Source of the DNA: Terriglobia bacterium
Lineage (GTDB): Bacteria > Acidobacteriota > Terriglobia > Bryobacterales > Bryobacteraceae
Direction: 5' to 3'
Length of the DNA: 64,000 bases
Assembly: GCA_963788485.1 (NCBI GenBank)
Contig: CAWBIS010000206.1
Coordinates: 22,301 to 86,300, forward strand
Below are positions 30,632-39,787 of the stretch, piece after piece. Within the stretch, counting starts at the first letter, position 1. The number at the start of each line of letters is the position of its first letter. Made by a program: the position numbers and the translations under genes. Under the pieces are notes generated by a model. That model made no database searches. It had not been told where the DNA came from and was given only the letters and a program-made list of their open reading frames with translations.

Positions 30632-31357
30632 CCTCCGCGCAGTCAGATTGCATTTGCCTCGCCAACAAATGCAACGGCGCTTTGGAGGCCCGCGGCAACA
30701 GGCTTCATACTGCGATTTTTCAAGGCGATGGATGAGGTTTTTGGCAGGATCCTGCGAGCTTCATCTGGCGGGCTCATCAGCCTGATTGTTCCCGTAATGG
30801 CTCTCCCGCGATGCCAAAACACGCTGCCTTATCGCGTAGTCCTGCGCGTTATGGCTCAAAAGGGCGCGGGCGCTTTGGCAAGCCTGAGCCGGGCGGCGGA
30901 GATGCCGGCGACAAATGCCCGCTTGAACTCGAATCGGCTTTTAGTCGCCTGGGTAAAATTTGCGGCGGCTCGCAGGCTGTGGCGACTGCTCCCACCGATC
31001 GCTAACCGAAGCTGTTTGTTAGGGCTAAGCCGGTCTGGCGAAACCACCTCGTATGCCATCCGGCAAAAAGGCAGAGGCCGTTCACCTCCCGCCAGTCAAG
31101 CGCCTTATTAAAACGAGTCGGCCGGCATCCTGAGGTCGAAGCAAACGGGCGGAGACTTGCAAAACGAAAGACTCACGTTTTCAGGAGGGCGTTTATGTTC
31201 GATCAAATGTTGCTTTCCAACGGCCATGCGCAACAGGGGCGATGTGCCATATTCGGGTTCACCGGCGAGCTGGGTCTGCTGGCGATCGCCACCCTGGTGA
31301 TGGCTTACTCTGACCTGGTACCGATGCAGGCTGCATCAGTCCGTTATCCCTATCGCC

Positions 31358-31978
31358 TTGATGGCGCCGCCTCCACCACCCCCCGCGCCGGCAGCCGCGC
31401 CTCGTGCGCCGGCCCGAACGGCTGCAGTCAAGTCCATGCCAAAGACGTTCGTCGCCCCGGTTCTCATCGCGCCTCAATCGGCCCCGCAACACGCGATGAT
31501 GATCACCGATGCCGAGCCCCCCGCGGATATGTCTCCGGGCGGCGTAATCGGCGGGGTGCCTGGCGGCGTCCCCGGAGGCGTCCCCGGCGGTTCATTGAAC
31601 GTCATATTGGGATCTCTTCCCATTCCGCCTCCGGTCAAGGCTCCGCCCAAGCCTGTCGCGGCCCCGGCGCCAGCCACGCCGACGCGGATCCGACTGGGCG
31701 GCGCCGTGGAGGCAGCCCTCCTGACTCACCAGGTTGTTCCTGTCTATCCCCTCCTTGCCAAGCGTTCGCGGATTGAGGGCACGGTTCGCCTCACCGCCAT
31801 AATTGCATCCGATGGAACCGTAAAGGACCTGAGCGTGGTCAGCGGAAATCCTCTGCTGATCGAAGCTGCGTTGAACGCGGTGAAGCAATGGAAGTACCGC
31901 CCCACCATTCTCAACGGCACCGCAGTCGAAGTGCTGACTGAGGTCGACGTTGAGTTCAGTCTGGTTCAGGGCGGATAG
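31358..31978 (+). CDS. TonB-family C-terminal domain protein (its N-terminal anchor appears to be in another frame, 31195-31350)
   Basis: A Pro-rich spacer (PPPPPPAPAAAP, PPPVKAPPKPVAAPAP) is followed by a TonB_C fold (VVPVYPLLAKRSRIEGTVRLTAIIASDGTVKDLSVVSGNPLLIEAALNAVKQWKYRP). Confidence 0.75.
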   Translation: MMAPPPPPPAPAAAPRAPARTAAVKSMPKTFVAPVLIAPQSAPQHAMMITDAEPPADMSPGGVIGGVPGGVPGGVPGGSLNVILGSLPIPPPVKAPPKPVAAPAPATPTRIRLGGAVEAALLTHQVVPVYPLLAKRSRIEGTVRLTAIIASDGTVKDLSVVSGNPLLIEAALNAVKQWKYRPTILNGTAVEVLTEVDVEFSLVQGG

Positions 31979-32079
31979 CGCATCGGCTGGTAAGCGGCAT
32001 AGCTGGTAAGCGGCGGCGCGCATTGCATATGTGGTCGGTCGGATCGCCTTCCCGTTGCCGTGCGTAGGAAAATGAAGCA

Positions 32080-32952
32080 ATGCAGCTAACCAGAAGCCTT
32101 TTGGTTCTGGCCGCGTTCGCCGCCGCAACCGTTTTCGCGCAACAAAACCCCATACTCGGGGAAAGTACGGTCAGGATCTCCGATCACGTGTGGGCGATCA
32201 TGGGTTTCCCCAACATCGCCATTGTCGTGGGCAAGCGAGCCACTCTGGCCGTGGATACCGGTCTCGGTCCGCAAAACGGCGCGACCATCGCGCACGTGGC
32301 CGCGAAGCTTTCGGCGCCGAACGCGAAGCTCTATCTGACCACCACGCATTTCCACCCCGAACACGCTGCCGGAGACGCCGGATTTCCCGCGGGGACTATC
32401 CTGATTCGAAATGCCGTGCAGCAACAGGAGATGGATCTCCACGGGAAAGAACTGATCGCCACTTTCAGCAGCCGCAATGCGCAGTGGAAAGAACTCCTGG
32501 CGGACGTCAACCTGCGTACGCCCGATGTCATCTACAACGATGAAGCGAAGATCGACCTCGGCGGCGCGATCGTCCGGCTGCTCTGGTTTGGCGCCGCCCA
32601 TACCAAAGGCGACGAACTGATATTTGTCGAGCCCGACCGCGCCCTGATCTCGGGCGACGTGGTGCAGAACAAAACCGCGCCGAACATCGCCGCCGACGGT
32701 GGCACACCGGCGACCTGGCTCGCCGTACTCGACAAAATCGCAACGCTGAACGCGCTTCACGTTCTGCCGGACCACAGCGCCCCGGGCGACGGTTCGCTGG
32801 TGGCGCAGGAAAAAGCCCTCATCACCGAACTGCGGACGCGCGCGCAGGCGCTGAAGAAGCAGGGCGTTACGGCCGACGACGCAGGCAGGCAACTCTCCGC
32901 CGAATGGAAAATGAACGTGGCCGGTTTCGTGAAGAGCGTGTACGCCGAATGA
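32080..32952 (+). CDS. Secreted MBL-fold metallo-hydrolase
   Basis: Signal peptide MQLTRSLLVLAAFAAATVFA, and THFHPEH (HxHxDH-type) and HTKGD motifs. Confidence 0.8.
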   Translation: MQLTRSLLVLAAFAAATVFAQQNPILGESTVRISDHVWAIMGFPNIAIVVGKRATLAVDTGLGPQNGATIAHVAAKLSAPNAKLYLTTTHFHPEHAAGDAGFPAGTILIRNAVQQQEMDLHGKELIATFSSRNAQWKELLADVNLRTPDVIYNDEAKIDLGGAIVRLLWFGAAHTKGDELIFVEPDRALISGDVVQNKTAPNIAADGGTPATWLAVLDKIATLNALHVLPDHSAPGDGSLVAQEKALITELRTRAQALKKQGVTADDAGRQLSAEWKMNVAGFVKSVYAE

Positions 32953-32955
32953 AAT

Positions 32956-34266
32956 CTATTGTCCGGTGAAACTCGCCCGCATGGCCGCGCGGTCGAGCTT
33001 GTTGCCTCGCAGATAAACATCGGCGATCCGTCTTGTGTTGTCGATATTTTCGAGAGGATTCGCGTCAAGCACCATGAAATCGGCGCTTTTGCCCACCGCC
33101 ACTGTTCCAAGTTGACTCAGCCTGACCATCTCGGCCGCAGTCTTTGTCGCCGCCGTGATGACCTGCGCGGGAGTCATGCCCGCGGCCACCATGTCGGTCA
33201 GCTCCTGGTGGTCGTTCCAGCCCACATCCGTACTGGAGTCGGTTCCGAAAACGATCCTGACGCCTGCCGCATTGAACCTCGCCAGATTGCGCGACTGCAC
33301 GCCCCAGGCTTCACGCGCTGTTTTCGCGGCAGCCGGCGTGACGGCCGCCAGAGCTTCGCGTATCTGTTTCATTCGGGCCGGGGGAACGGTTTCGCCCTCG
33401 AAGCGGAGATCCGCTTCCGTGGTTTCACGGTCGGGCAGTGTCGTCATCACATACACGTTGGGATGCTGTTTCAAAAGCGCCATCAGTTCGTCGTCGACGT
33501 CGCGATCGCGCACGAGGTGAGCCAGGATATCGACCCCGGATCGCAACAGCTCCTTGGCATCGGCCAGATAGTAAATATGCGCGGCGACGCGGAGACGATT
33601 CCTGTGCGCTTCGTCGATGATCGCCCGATAGAGCTGCGGCGTCAGTTTCGGCACCGTGCCGTTTCGATCGTCCACCCAGATCTTCACCAGATCGACCTTT
33701 TTCGCCGCCAGTTCGCGGACATCCGCTCTCGCTTCGGCTTCGGTTGAAACGCCGTAGGCGACGGGCCTCCAGTATTCCCGGCCGGGGCCGGCATTCGGCA
33801 TAGCCATCCCGCGGCCCGCGGTTCGAAACAAAGCGGCGTCCGGGGTCGGATTCGCGCGCACCTCATAAGGGATTTCTCCCTTATCGATTCCCATGCTTTG
33901 AACCGCCGCTATACCGTAATACGCGGCGCGCCTCAGGTGATCGGTGAGATTTTCCAGCGTGTAAGTATCGGCTCCGATGCGACCGGTTTTGATGACCTGC
34001 CATCCATAATGCGTGTGCGAGTCGACGAGCGCCGGCATCACGGTCTTTCCGGTGAGGTCGACGCGCGTGGCCCCGGCCGGCAGTTTCAAATTCCCTTTGC
34101 TGCCGACCCTGGTGATTTTGCCGTTCTCGATCACAAAAGCGGAGTTTTCGACCACGCGGCCGTCGCCCACAATCAGGCGAGCGCCCTCGAACAAAACCGG
34201 CCGTTGTTGGCCGGCCGCGACGGATAAAAGGATGGCGGCCAGGCAGAGACTACGTAACGGGCGCAT
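32956..34266 (-). CDS. Secreted amidohydrolase-family protein
   Basis: Signal peptide MRPLRSLCLAAILLSVAA, metal motif LVDSHTHY and C-terminal GTDS...ADFMVLDANPL. Confidence 0.85.
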   Translation of the reverse strand: MRPLRSLCLAAILLSVAAGQQRPVLFEGARLIVGDGRVVENSAFVIENGKITRVGSKGNLKLPAGATRVDLTGKTVMPALVDSHTHYGWQVIKTGRIGADTYTLENLTDHLRRAAYYGIAAVQSMGIDKGEIPYEVRANPTPDAALFRTAGRGMAMPNAGPGREYWRPVAYGVSTEAEARADVRELAAKKVDLVKIWVDDRNGTVPKLTPQLYRAIIDEAHRNRLRVAAHIYYLADAKELLRSGVDILAHLVRDRDVDDELMALLKQHPNVYVMTTLPDRETTEADLRFEGETVPPARMKQIREALAAVTPAAAKTAREAWGVQSRNLARFNAAGVRIVFGTDSSTDVGWNDHQELTDMVAAGMTPAQVITAATKTAAEMVRLSQLGTVAVGKSADFMVLDANPLENIDNTRRIADVYLRGNKLDRAAMRASFTGQ

Positions 34267-34536
34267 GAGTCCTCCTCAAGTCAGCCATCTTATACTGCCC
34301 GCGAGATGCGCCAGGACGTTCCGCGCGACGGCACTTTCCCGGGGCCGCGGGAACCATCGAGCCCCATCGCATTCCAGACGGTGGGTTTACTGCCCCGCTG
34401 CGACGCTTTCACACCCGCGGTTGCAAGCAGTCGTGATTGTTGTCTGCTCAAAAAGATAACAAATTATTTCTCCATAAGGATGATGCCCACGTGAAGCGGT
34501 GACCGCCCTGGCGGTTTCGCGGAGCAAGCTTGCAGT

Positions 34537-34552
34537 TTCGCAATTTTGCGAA
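34537..34552. promoter_or_regulatory. Perfect 7-bp inverted repeat TTCGCAA-TT-TTGCGAA, candidate operator of the HigBA-like module
   Basis: ttcgcaattttgcgaa lies directly upstream of the toxin-homologous frame. Confidence 0.35.
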
Positions 34553-34560
34553 TAGACTAA

Positions 34561-34935
34561 GGTCGAGCGCCCAGGACCAAAGTCGCTTTCTTCCGAGAGG
34601 AAGACGGATCATGCCCGTTCATCGAGTTGTTCGACAAGTTGCCGGCGAAAGTGCAGGACGAGTGATATCTCCGGTTGGAGCGCCTGCGCGAGATGGGCCA
34701 CGAACTGCGTCGGCCCGAGGCGGACTTCCTGCGAGACGGCATCTACGAACTGCGCGCCAGCCTGGGAGGCGTTCATTACCGGATCCTGTACTTCTTCCAC
34801 GGCGCGGTGGCGGCCGTGGTCTCTCACGGTCTTGCGAAAGAGCGGGTGGTCCCGCCGAAAGAGACCGACCGGGCCGTCGAACGCAAGAAGCGGTTTGAGG
34901 CGAATCCTGAGAAGCACACTTATGAGGAGGCTTGA
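34561..34935 (+). pseudogene. Degenerate RelE/ParE-superfamily toxin (phage Gp49/HigB-like)
   Basis: The frame reads KVAFFREEDGSCPFIELFDKLPAKVQDE-TGA-YLRLERLREMGHELRRPEADFLRDGIYELRASLGGVHYRILYFFHGAVAAVVSHGLAKE. There is no start codon between the upstream TAA (34558-34560) and this homology. An in-frame TGA sits at 34663-34665. Only a TTG-initiated 86-aa remnant (34675) stays open. Confidence 0.6.
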
Positions 34936-35269
34936 CCATGCCAGAAAAAAAACCAAGGCCCTGAAGGCGACCAGCGATGCGGTGGAGATCCTTCACCGCC
35001 GGTTCTACGAAGGCAAGCCAGCCCGGCTGAAGAACCTGGAAGAGGCGCGCGCGAACGAAGAGATCGCCCTCAAAATTCAGGAACTGAGGGCTGAGGCAGC
35101 CCTCACCCAAACTCAGCTTGCCAGGCTCATCGGCACCACCGCATCGGTCATCTGCCGCCTGGAGGATGCCGATTACGAGGGCCACTCCCTGGCGATGTTG
35201 CGCAGGATAGCGGGCGCGCTGGATCAGCGAGTCGAGATCCGTTTTGTACCGATCCGGCGGTCGGCGTAG
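34922..35269 (+). CDS. XRE-family HTH antitoxin (HigA-like)
   Basis: The HTH segment is LTQTQLARLIGTTASVICRLED. The gene immediately follows and overlaps the toxin remnant. Start is uncertain: ATG 34922 is in frame, whereas the ATG with a good SD (GAGGAGG-N7-ATG 34938) is out of frame across an A8 run. Confidence 0.7.
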   Translation: MRRLDHARKKTKALKATSDAVEILHRRFYEGKPARLKNLEEARANEEIALKIQELRAEAALTQTQLARLIGTTASVICRLEDADYEGHSLAMLRRIAGALDQRVEIRFVPIRRSA

Positions 35270-35290
35270 GTCGGGGCATTAAATCCTTGG

Positions 35291-35665
35291 TCAGGAAGGG
35301 CGTGGCGCGCTTCCTGGCCGATAGATTGTAGGGCCGCCCCAGTCGAAAACAATAAGCCCGAGCGAATTCGCCGTTCGGACAAGGAATGGCAACACCTCAT
35401 CCACCCGCGACCAGATCATGCCGAGGACGGCGGCGCGGTGGCTGAAGTCGTTCCACAGTGGCCCGTCGCTCCAAACACCTTCCTCATCCACCTTGTCGTC
35501 GGGAAGGGTGCAGATGCACGGATACCGTGCCGTTAGCGCGTCGTGTAACTCGCGGAAAATAGGTGGAGGCGGGCCCTGGTCCTTGATAAGGCTGTCGAGC
35601 GCTTCCCACGCTGCGGTGTCATCGGCGGGGACAGGCGGGGTGCAGATAGCGACGTTGTAGCTCAT
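35291..35665 (-). CDS. Hypothetical protein (124 aa)
   Basis: The coding-like part starts at ATG 35665 (MSYNVAICTPPVPADD...). The longer ORF to 35887 would run through the tRNA-Ala gene. Confidence 0.45.
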   Translation of the reverse strand: MSYNVAICTPPVPADDTAAWEALDSLIKDQGPPPPIFRELHDALTARYPCICTLPDDKVDEEGVWSDGPLWNDFSHRAAVLGMIWSRVDEVLPFLVRTANSLGLIVFDWGGPTIYRPGSAPRPS

Positions 35666-35809
35666 TGCATTTCGGGCAAGACATCCGATGCCGCCTGCCG
35701 GAGTCCAAATTTCCCCCGTTTTGGACTCCAAATGGACTCCGCGCGACCTCTTCCGCGACGCGGACGCGCGCAAGAATTTTCGTAACTCTATGTTTTGTCG
35801 GGTTTGTTT

Positions 35810-35885
35810 TGGTGGACCTGAAGGGATTCGAACCCTTGACCTCTTCCATGCCATGGAAGCGCGCTCCCAACTGCGCCACAGGCCC
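35810..35885 (-). tRNA. tRNA-Ala (anticodon GGC)
   Basis: The reverse complement GGGCCTGTGGCGCAGTTGGGAGCGCGCTTCCATGGCATGGAAGAGGTCAAGGGTTCGAATCCCTTCAGGTCCACCA has anticodon loop ATGGCAT. The G3:U70 alanine identity pair is present and CCA is encoded. Confidence 0.95.
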
Positions 35886-35989
35886 ACGCTGAAACGACTC
35901 TCCCATCATAGCTCACCGTATTGTGACCGGCATCGCAGTCGCATCTGTCCCGAATCCCCTTTCGATTCAATGCATCCTACAATGAAACG

Positions 35990-36886
35990 ATGCCCATACC
36001 GCGCCGGCTGGTTCCGGCGATCCTCGTCATCCTGCTGGGCCTCACATCCAGTTCGTGCATCATCACCCGTCGGGTTATTGTGCGGCACCACAAGGCCGTG
36101 ACCCCCGGCTCCGCGCCGCCGCTGCTCACGGCGACGCGCGACGAGCTGAATACCCGTATCGCCAATATTTACAATGCCATCGACTCTTTCCAGGCGAACG
36201 TCGAGCTGACTCCCTCGGTCGGTAGCGTTTACACGGGCCAGATTACTGAAATTCGGGACGTCAGCGCCTTTGTCCTGTTCCGCAAGCCCGCGGACATCCG
36301 TATCATCGGCAACACCCCGGTGATCGGTACGCGCGCCTTCGACATGGTTTCGGACGGCGCCCAATTCAAGCTCCAGCTGGTTTCGAAGAATCTCTTCATC
36401 GAGGGCGCCAACAATGCACCCGCCACGTCCAAAAACAAACTCGAGAACCTGCGCCCGGATGCCTTTCTTTCCTCGATGCTGATCCGCCCGGACGACCCGC
36501 AAACCGAGTCCCCCATGCTGGAGGATTTTACCGATGAGGATAACGCCTTTTATATTCTTAATTTTGTGAAGAAAGCGCCGGACGGATCCTTGATGCTGGC
36601 GCGGACCGTGTGGTTTGATCGTCTGGATCTCACCATCGTGCGCCAGATGGTATTCGATCCCAAAGGCGAGATCGTCAGCGACACCCGCTACTCGAAATGG
36701 CAGGTTTACAGCGGCGTGATGTTTCCCTCCCACATCGATATCAATCGTGTGCAGGATGGATATGGTCTGGTGCTCGATATCCCCGACATGAGCGACATGA
36801 AGATGAACGTCGACCTGCCCAACGACAAGTTCGTTCTCAAGCAGCCCGCGGGTTACAAGCTGCAGGTGATCGGAGCCCCGCAATAG
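35990..36886 (+). CDS. Lipoprotein, LolA/outer-membrane-lipoprotein-sorting-like
   Basis: Lipobox LLGLTSSSC. Size and position directly upstream of an FtsX-type permease and ABC ATPase fit this call. Confidence 0.4.
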   Translation: MPIPRRLVPAILVILLGLTSSSCIITRRVIVRHHKAVTPGSAPPLLTATRDELNTRIANIYNAIDSFQANVELTPSVGSVYTGQITEIRDVSAFVLFRKPADIRIIGNTPVIGTRAFDMVSDGAQFKLQLVSKNLFIEGANNAPATSKNKLENLRPDAFLSSMLIRPDDPQTESPMLEDFTDEDNAFYILNFVKKAPDGSLMLARTVWFDRLDLTIVRQMVFDPKGEIVSDTRYSKWQVYSGVMFPSHIDINRVQDGYGLVLDIPDMSDMKMNVDLPNDKFVLKQPAGYKLQVIGAPQ

Positions 36887-36887
36887 C

Positions 36888-37988
36888 GTGACCTTCCGAC
36901 TCGTCTGGGAAAACATCAGCTTCCGGCCTGTCCGCACCTTGCTCAGCATTCTGCTGATCGCCGTTCCCGTCATGCTCATTCTGACGCTCGTTGGCCTCAG
37001 TCACGGCTTTTTCGAGGACTCAGAACGGCGTGCGCAGGGCGTCGGCGCGGATATCCTCTTTCGTCCGCCGGGGACCTCCATCCTGGGTTCTTTCAGCGGC
37101 GCGCCCCTTCCCGAGGCACTCGTCGACAAACTGGCGAAACAACCGCACGTCGCAGCGGCCACCGGCGTTGCCATGCAACTCATCGGCGGGACGTTCGATT
37201 CCGTGACTGGCATCGATCCCGCGTCCTTTACCCGCTTGAGCGGACCTTTCGTTTTCCTCTCCGGTCATGGCCTCGAAAAACCGGACGACATACTGCTCGA
37301 CCAGGATTATGCCGATCAGCGCCACGTCCGCGTCGGCCAGACGATCAAAGTGCTCAACCGGGAATGGAACGTTGCCGGAATCGTGGAACCAGGCAAACTG
37401 GCGCATCTCTACGTGCTGCTCCCTGTGCTGCAGGATCTGATGAGCGCCACCGGCAAGGTCAGTCAGGTTTTCCTCAAGCTCGACAACCCGGCAAACACCC
37501 AGTTGGTGATCGATCAGTTAAAACAGAAATTTCCAGGCTATCCGACCTACCCCGTGAAAGAACTCGCCAGCTATTACCAGGTCAGCAATATTCCCCTGCT
37601 GCAGGGCTTCATTGACGCGGTCCTCGGCATGGGAGTACTTTTCGGTTTCTTCGTCGTTGCACTCTCGATGTATATGGCGGTCCTGCAGCGCACTCGTGAG
37701 ATCGGCATATTAAAATCCCTGGGCGCATCGAGGGGCTTCGTGATGCGTATCATCCTCTATGAGTCCTGCGGGCTCGGCGTGGGCGGAACCATCGTGGGCA
37801 TAGGCTTCAGCTTCGTCACCCGCTGGATCATGCATCTCCTCATGCCTGCCTCGCTGCCGCAGGCAATTGTCGTATCCTGGTGGCCGATTGCCGGTGCGGT
37901 GGCGATGGGCGCTGCGCTGCTGGGCGCGCTTTACCCCGGTATGATCGCCGTGCGTCAGGACCCGGTGGAGGCGCTGGCATATGAGTAG
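36888..37988 (+). CDS. ABC transporter permease, FtsX/MacB/LolC family
   Basis: An N-terminal TM is followed by a large periplasmic domain and three C-terminal TMs with the conserved REIGILKSLGA motif. Confidence 0.8.
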   Translation: MTFRLVWENISFRPVRTLLSILLIAVPVMLILTLVGLSHGFFEDSERRAQGVGADILFRPPGTSILGSFSGAPLPEALVDKLAKQPHVAAATGVAMQLIGGTFDSVTGIDPASFTRLSGPFVFLSGHGLEKPDDILLDQDYADQRHVRVGQTIKVLNREWNVAGIVEPGKLAHLYVLLPVLQDLMSATGKVSQVFLKLDNPANTQLVIDQLKQKFPGYPTYPVKELASYYQVSNIPLLQGFIDAVLGMGVLFGFFVVALSMYMAVLQRTREIGILKSLGASRGFVMRIILYESCGLGVGGTIVGIGFSFVTRWIMHLLMPASLPQAIVVSWWPIAGAVAMGAALLGALYPGMIAVRQDPVEALAYE

Positions 37989-38685
37989 CGCTGCAACGCC
38001 AACGATCATCCGTGTGCGCGGGCTGCGCAAGGTCTACCGCACGGGCAAGGTGGACGTTGAAGCTCTCCGGGGAGTGGATCTGGACGTGCCCGAGGGCGAG
38101 TTTCTGTCGATCGTCGGTCCTTCCGGTTCAGGCAAGTCGACGTTGTTTCACATCATCGGGGGGCTGACGCCGCCCACCTCGGGCGAGGTGCTGGTAGCCG
38201 GTCGCGACGTCTCGGCTGTAGGCGACGCCGGGCGGACCGAACTGCGGCGCAGGTATGTCAGCTTCGTCTTTCAGAAATTCAATCTGCTGCCCAATCTGAC
38301 CGCCCGGGATAACATTCGCACGGCGCTCTTCATCGCCGGATTGCCGGTGAGCCAGTTTGATGCCGCGCTCCGGAGCATCATCGACCTCCTCGGCATTTCG
38401 GGCCGCCTCAATCATAAACCGAGCGAATTATCCGGCGGCGAGCAGCAGCGGGTGGCGATCGCCCGGGCTCTGGCCACCCGCCCGGCGATCCTGCTGGCCG
38501 ACGAACCGACCGGTAATCTCGATTCCCGCAACTCCCTGGCCGTGCTCGACATTCTCCGCGATCTCAACGCGCGCTTGAATCAGACCATTCTCATGATCAC
38601 GCACAATGCGGATGCGGCCGCCTGCGCGCATCGCATCATGCACATGCGCGACGGCCAGATCGCGGAAAAACCACAGCCGGAATAA
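37981..38685 (+). CDS. ABC transporter ATP-binding protein (MacB/LolD type)
   Basis: Walker [10 protein letters not shown], signature [15 protein letters not shown] and Walker [13 protein letters not shown]. Confidence 0.9.
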   Translation: MSSAATPTIIRVRGLRKVYRTGKVDVEALRGVDLDVPEGEFLSIVGPSGSGKSTLFHIIGGLTPPTSGEVLVAGRDVSAVGDAGRTELRRRYVSFVFQKFNLLPNLTARDNIRTALFIAGLPVSQFDAALRSIIDLLGISGRLNHKPSELSGGEQQRVAIARALATRPAILLADEPTGNLDSRNSLAVLDILRDLNARLNQTILMITHNADAAACAHRIMHMRDGQIAEKPQPE

Positions 38686-38823
38686 GGACCGGTACTAGGA
38701 CCGGTTTAGCCTCCAGGGATCGTAAATCTGGTGATTTTTGGGCGTGGATGGACTAGATTGAAACTTCAGCCACCAGCGTGAAAGGTGGATTGGACACGGT
38801 TCCGAATCACGGAGGAGACTCTT

Positions 38824-39723
38824 ATGAACAAGTTTTTCTGGACGGCAATCTTGGGTGGCGCAATGCTTATGGCGATGCCCGCCTCCGCCTCAACTACAAC
38901 TTTCAACTTTTTGAATTGCGGCGATACAGGTAATCCGGCGTGCAATAGCGATGTCAGTTCCTACTCTGTTACCAATACCCTTGGCTCAAGCAACGTTACA
39001 GCTACGGCGACCGCATTCTTTGTGACGGGCACTTCGAGCGGCCCCACTACTTCGGCCGATTTCGCTGCAGGCCAGGTTGGATCCTACTCTGGAGCGGGTC
39101 TGGGTATCTGCGAGACGAACGTGAATACGAACGGCGACGATTGCGCCTCCCCGGACCATCAGATCAATAATGGCGCGGATACAACGCTGAGCGGCGGCAA
39201 CGGCTCCGGCACCGATTATTACGAATTCATGCTGATCCAGTTCAGCGCTGCGGTCGATCTTAGCCAGATCACCCTGGGCAACTACGGCTCAACCAGCACA
39301 AGCGGCACCAATAATCCCTTCTCTTCGACTTACTACACTTCGACCAGCAGTTCCAGCCTCACAGCAATGGAAACGGCTCTCGAAGCGACGACCCTCAGCT
39401 CGATGACCGGAACCGGCTTTGGCACGACGGGATCGCAGGAAGGCTGCACTACGGGCTCCACGACTTCGACACTCACCAGCAATTCCGCCTGCGCCATCAA
39501 CGACACCGGAATCAATGAAAACCTGAACGGCACGGGTGTGACTTATCTGTTGATCGGAGCTTCGACGACCACGAACCTGAACTATGATTTCTTCAAGATC
39601 CAGGACCTGAGCGTCAGCTCTTATCAGGCTCCGGGCACGCCCGAACCGGCTACCTTTGCCCTGTTCGGTCTCGCTCTGACCGGCCTCGGAATCTACGGCC
39701 GCAAACGTAAATCGAGCAACTAA
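38824..39723 (+). CDS. PEP-CTERM sorting-domain secreted protein
   Basis: Signal peptide MNKFFWTAILGGAMLMAMPASA, a Ser/Thr/Gly-rich body, and C-terminal PEPATFALFGLALTGLGIYGRKRK. Confidence 0.85.
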   Translation: MNKFFWTAILGGAMLMAMPASASTTTFNFLNCGDTGNPACNSDVSSYSVTNTLGSSNVTATATAFFVTGTSSGPTTSADFAAGQVGSYSGAGLGICETNVNTNGDDCASPDHQINNGADTTLSGGNGSGTDYYEFMLIQFSAAVDLSQITLGNYGSTSTSGTNNPFSSTYYTSTSSSSLTAMETALEATTLSSMTGTGFGTTGSQEGCTTGSTTSTLTSNSACAINDTGINENLNGTGVTYLLIGASTTTNLNYDFFKIQDLSVSSYQAPGTPEPATFALFGLALTGLGIYGRKRKSSN

Positions 39724-39787
39724 GATATCCCTCCACGTGAAGTCTCCTGGAAGCGGGTCCCAGGTTCTCCTGGGACCCGCTTGCCGT

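Noticed and set aside
34663-34665. In-frame TGA in the HigB-like frame as selenocysteine or read-through
   Set aside because: There is no SECIS-like hairpin directly downstream. The gene also lacks a start codon, which is consistent with simple decay.
35666-35887. Upstream part of ORF 35291-35887, and ORFs 35619-35909 and 35665-35892
   Set aside because: They run through the tRNA-Ala gene, so the open frames here are fortuitous.
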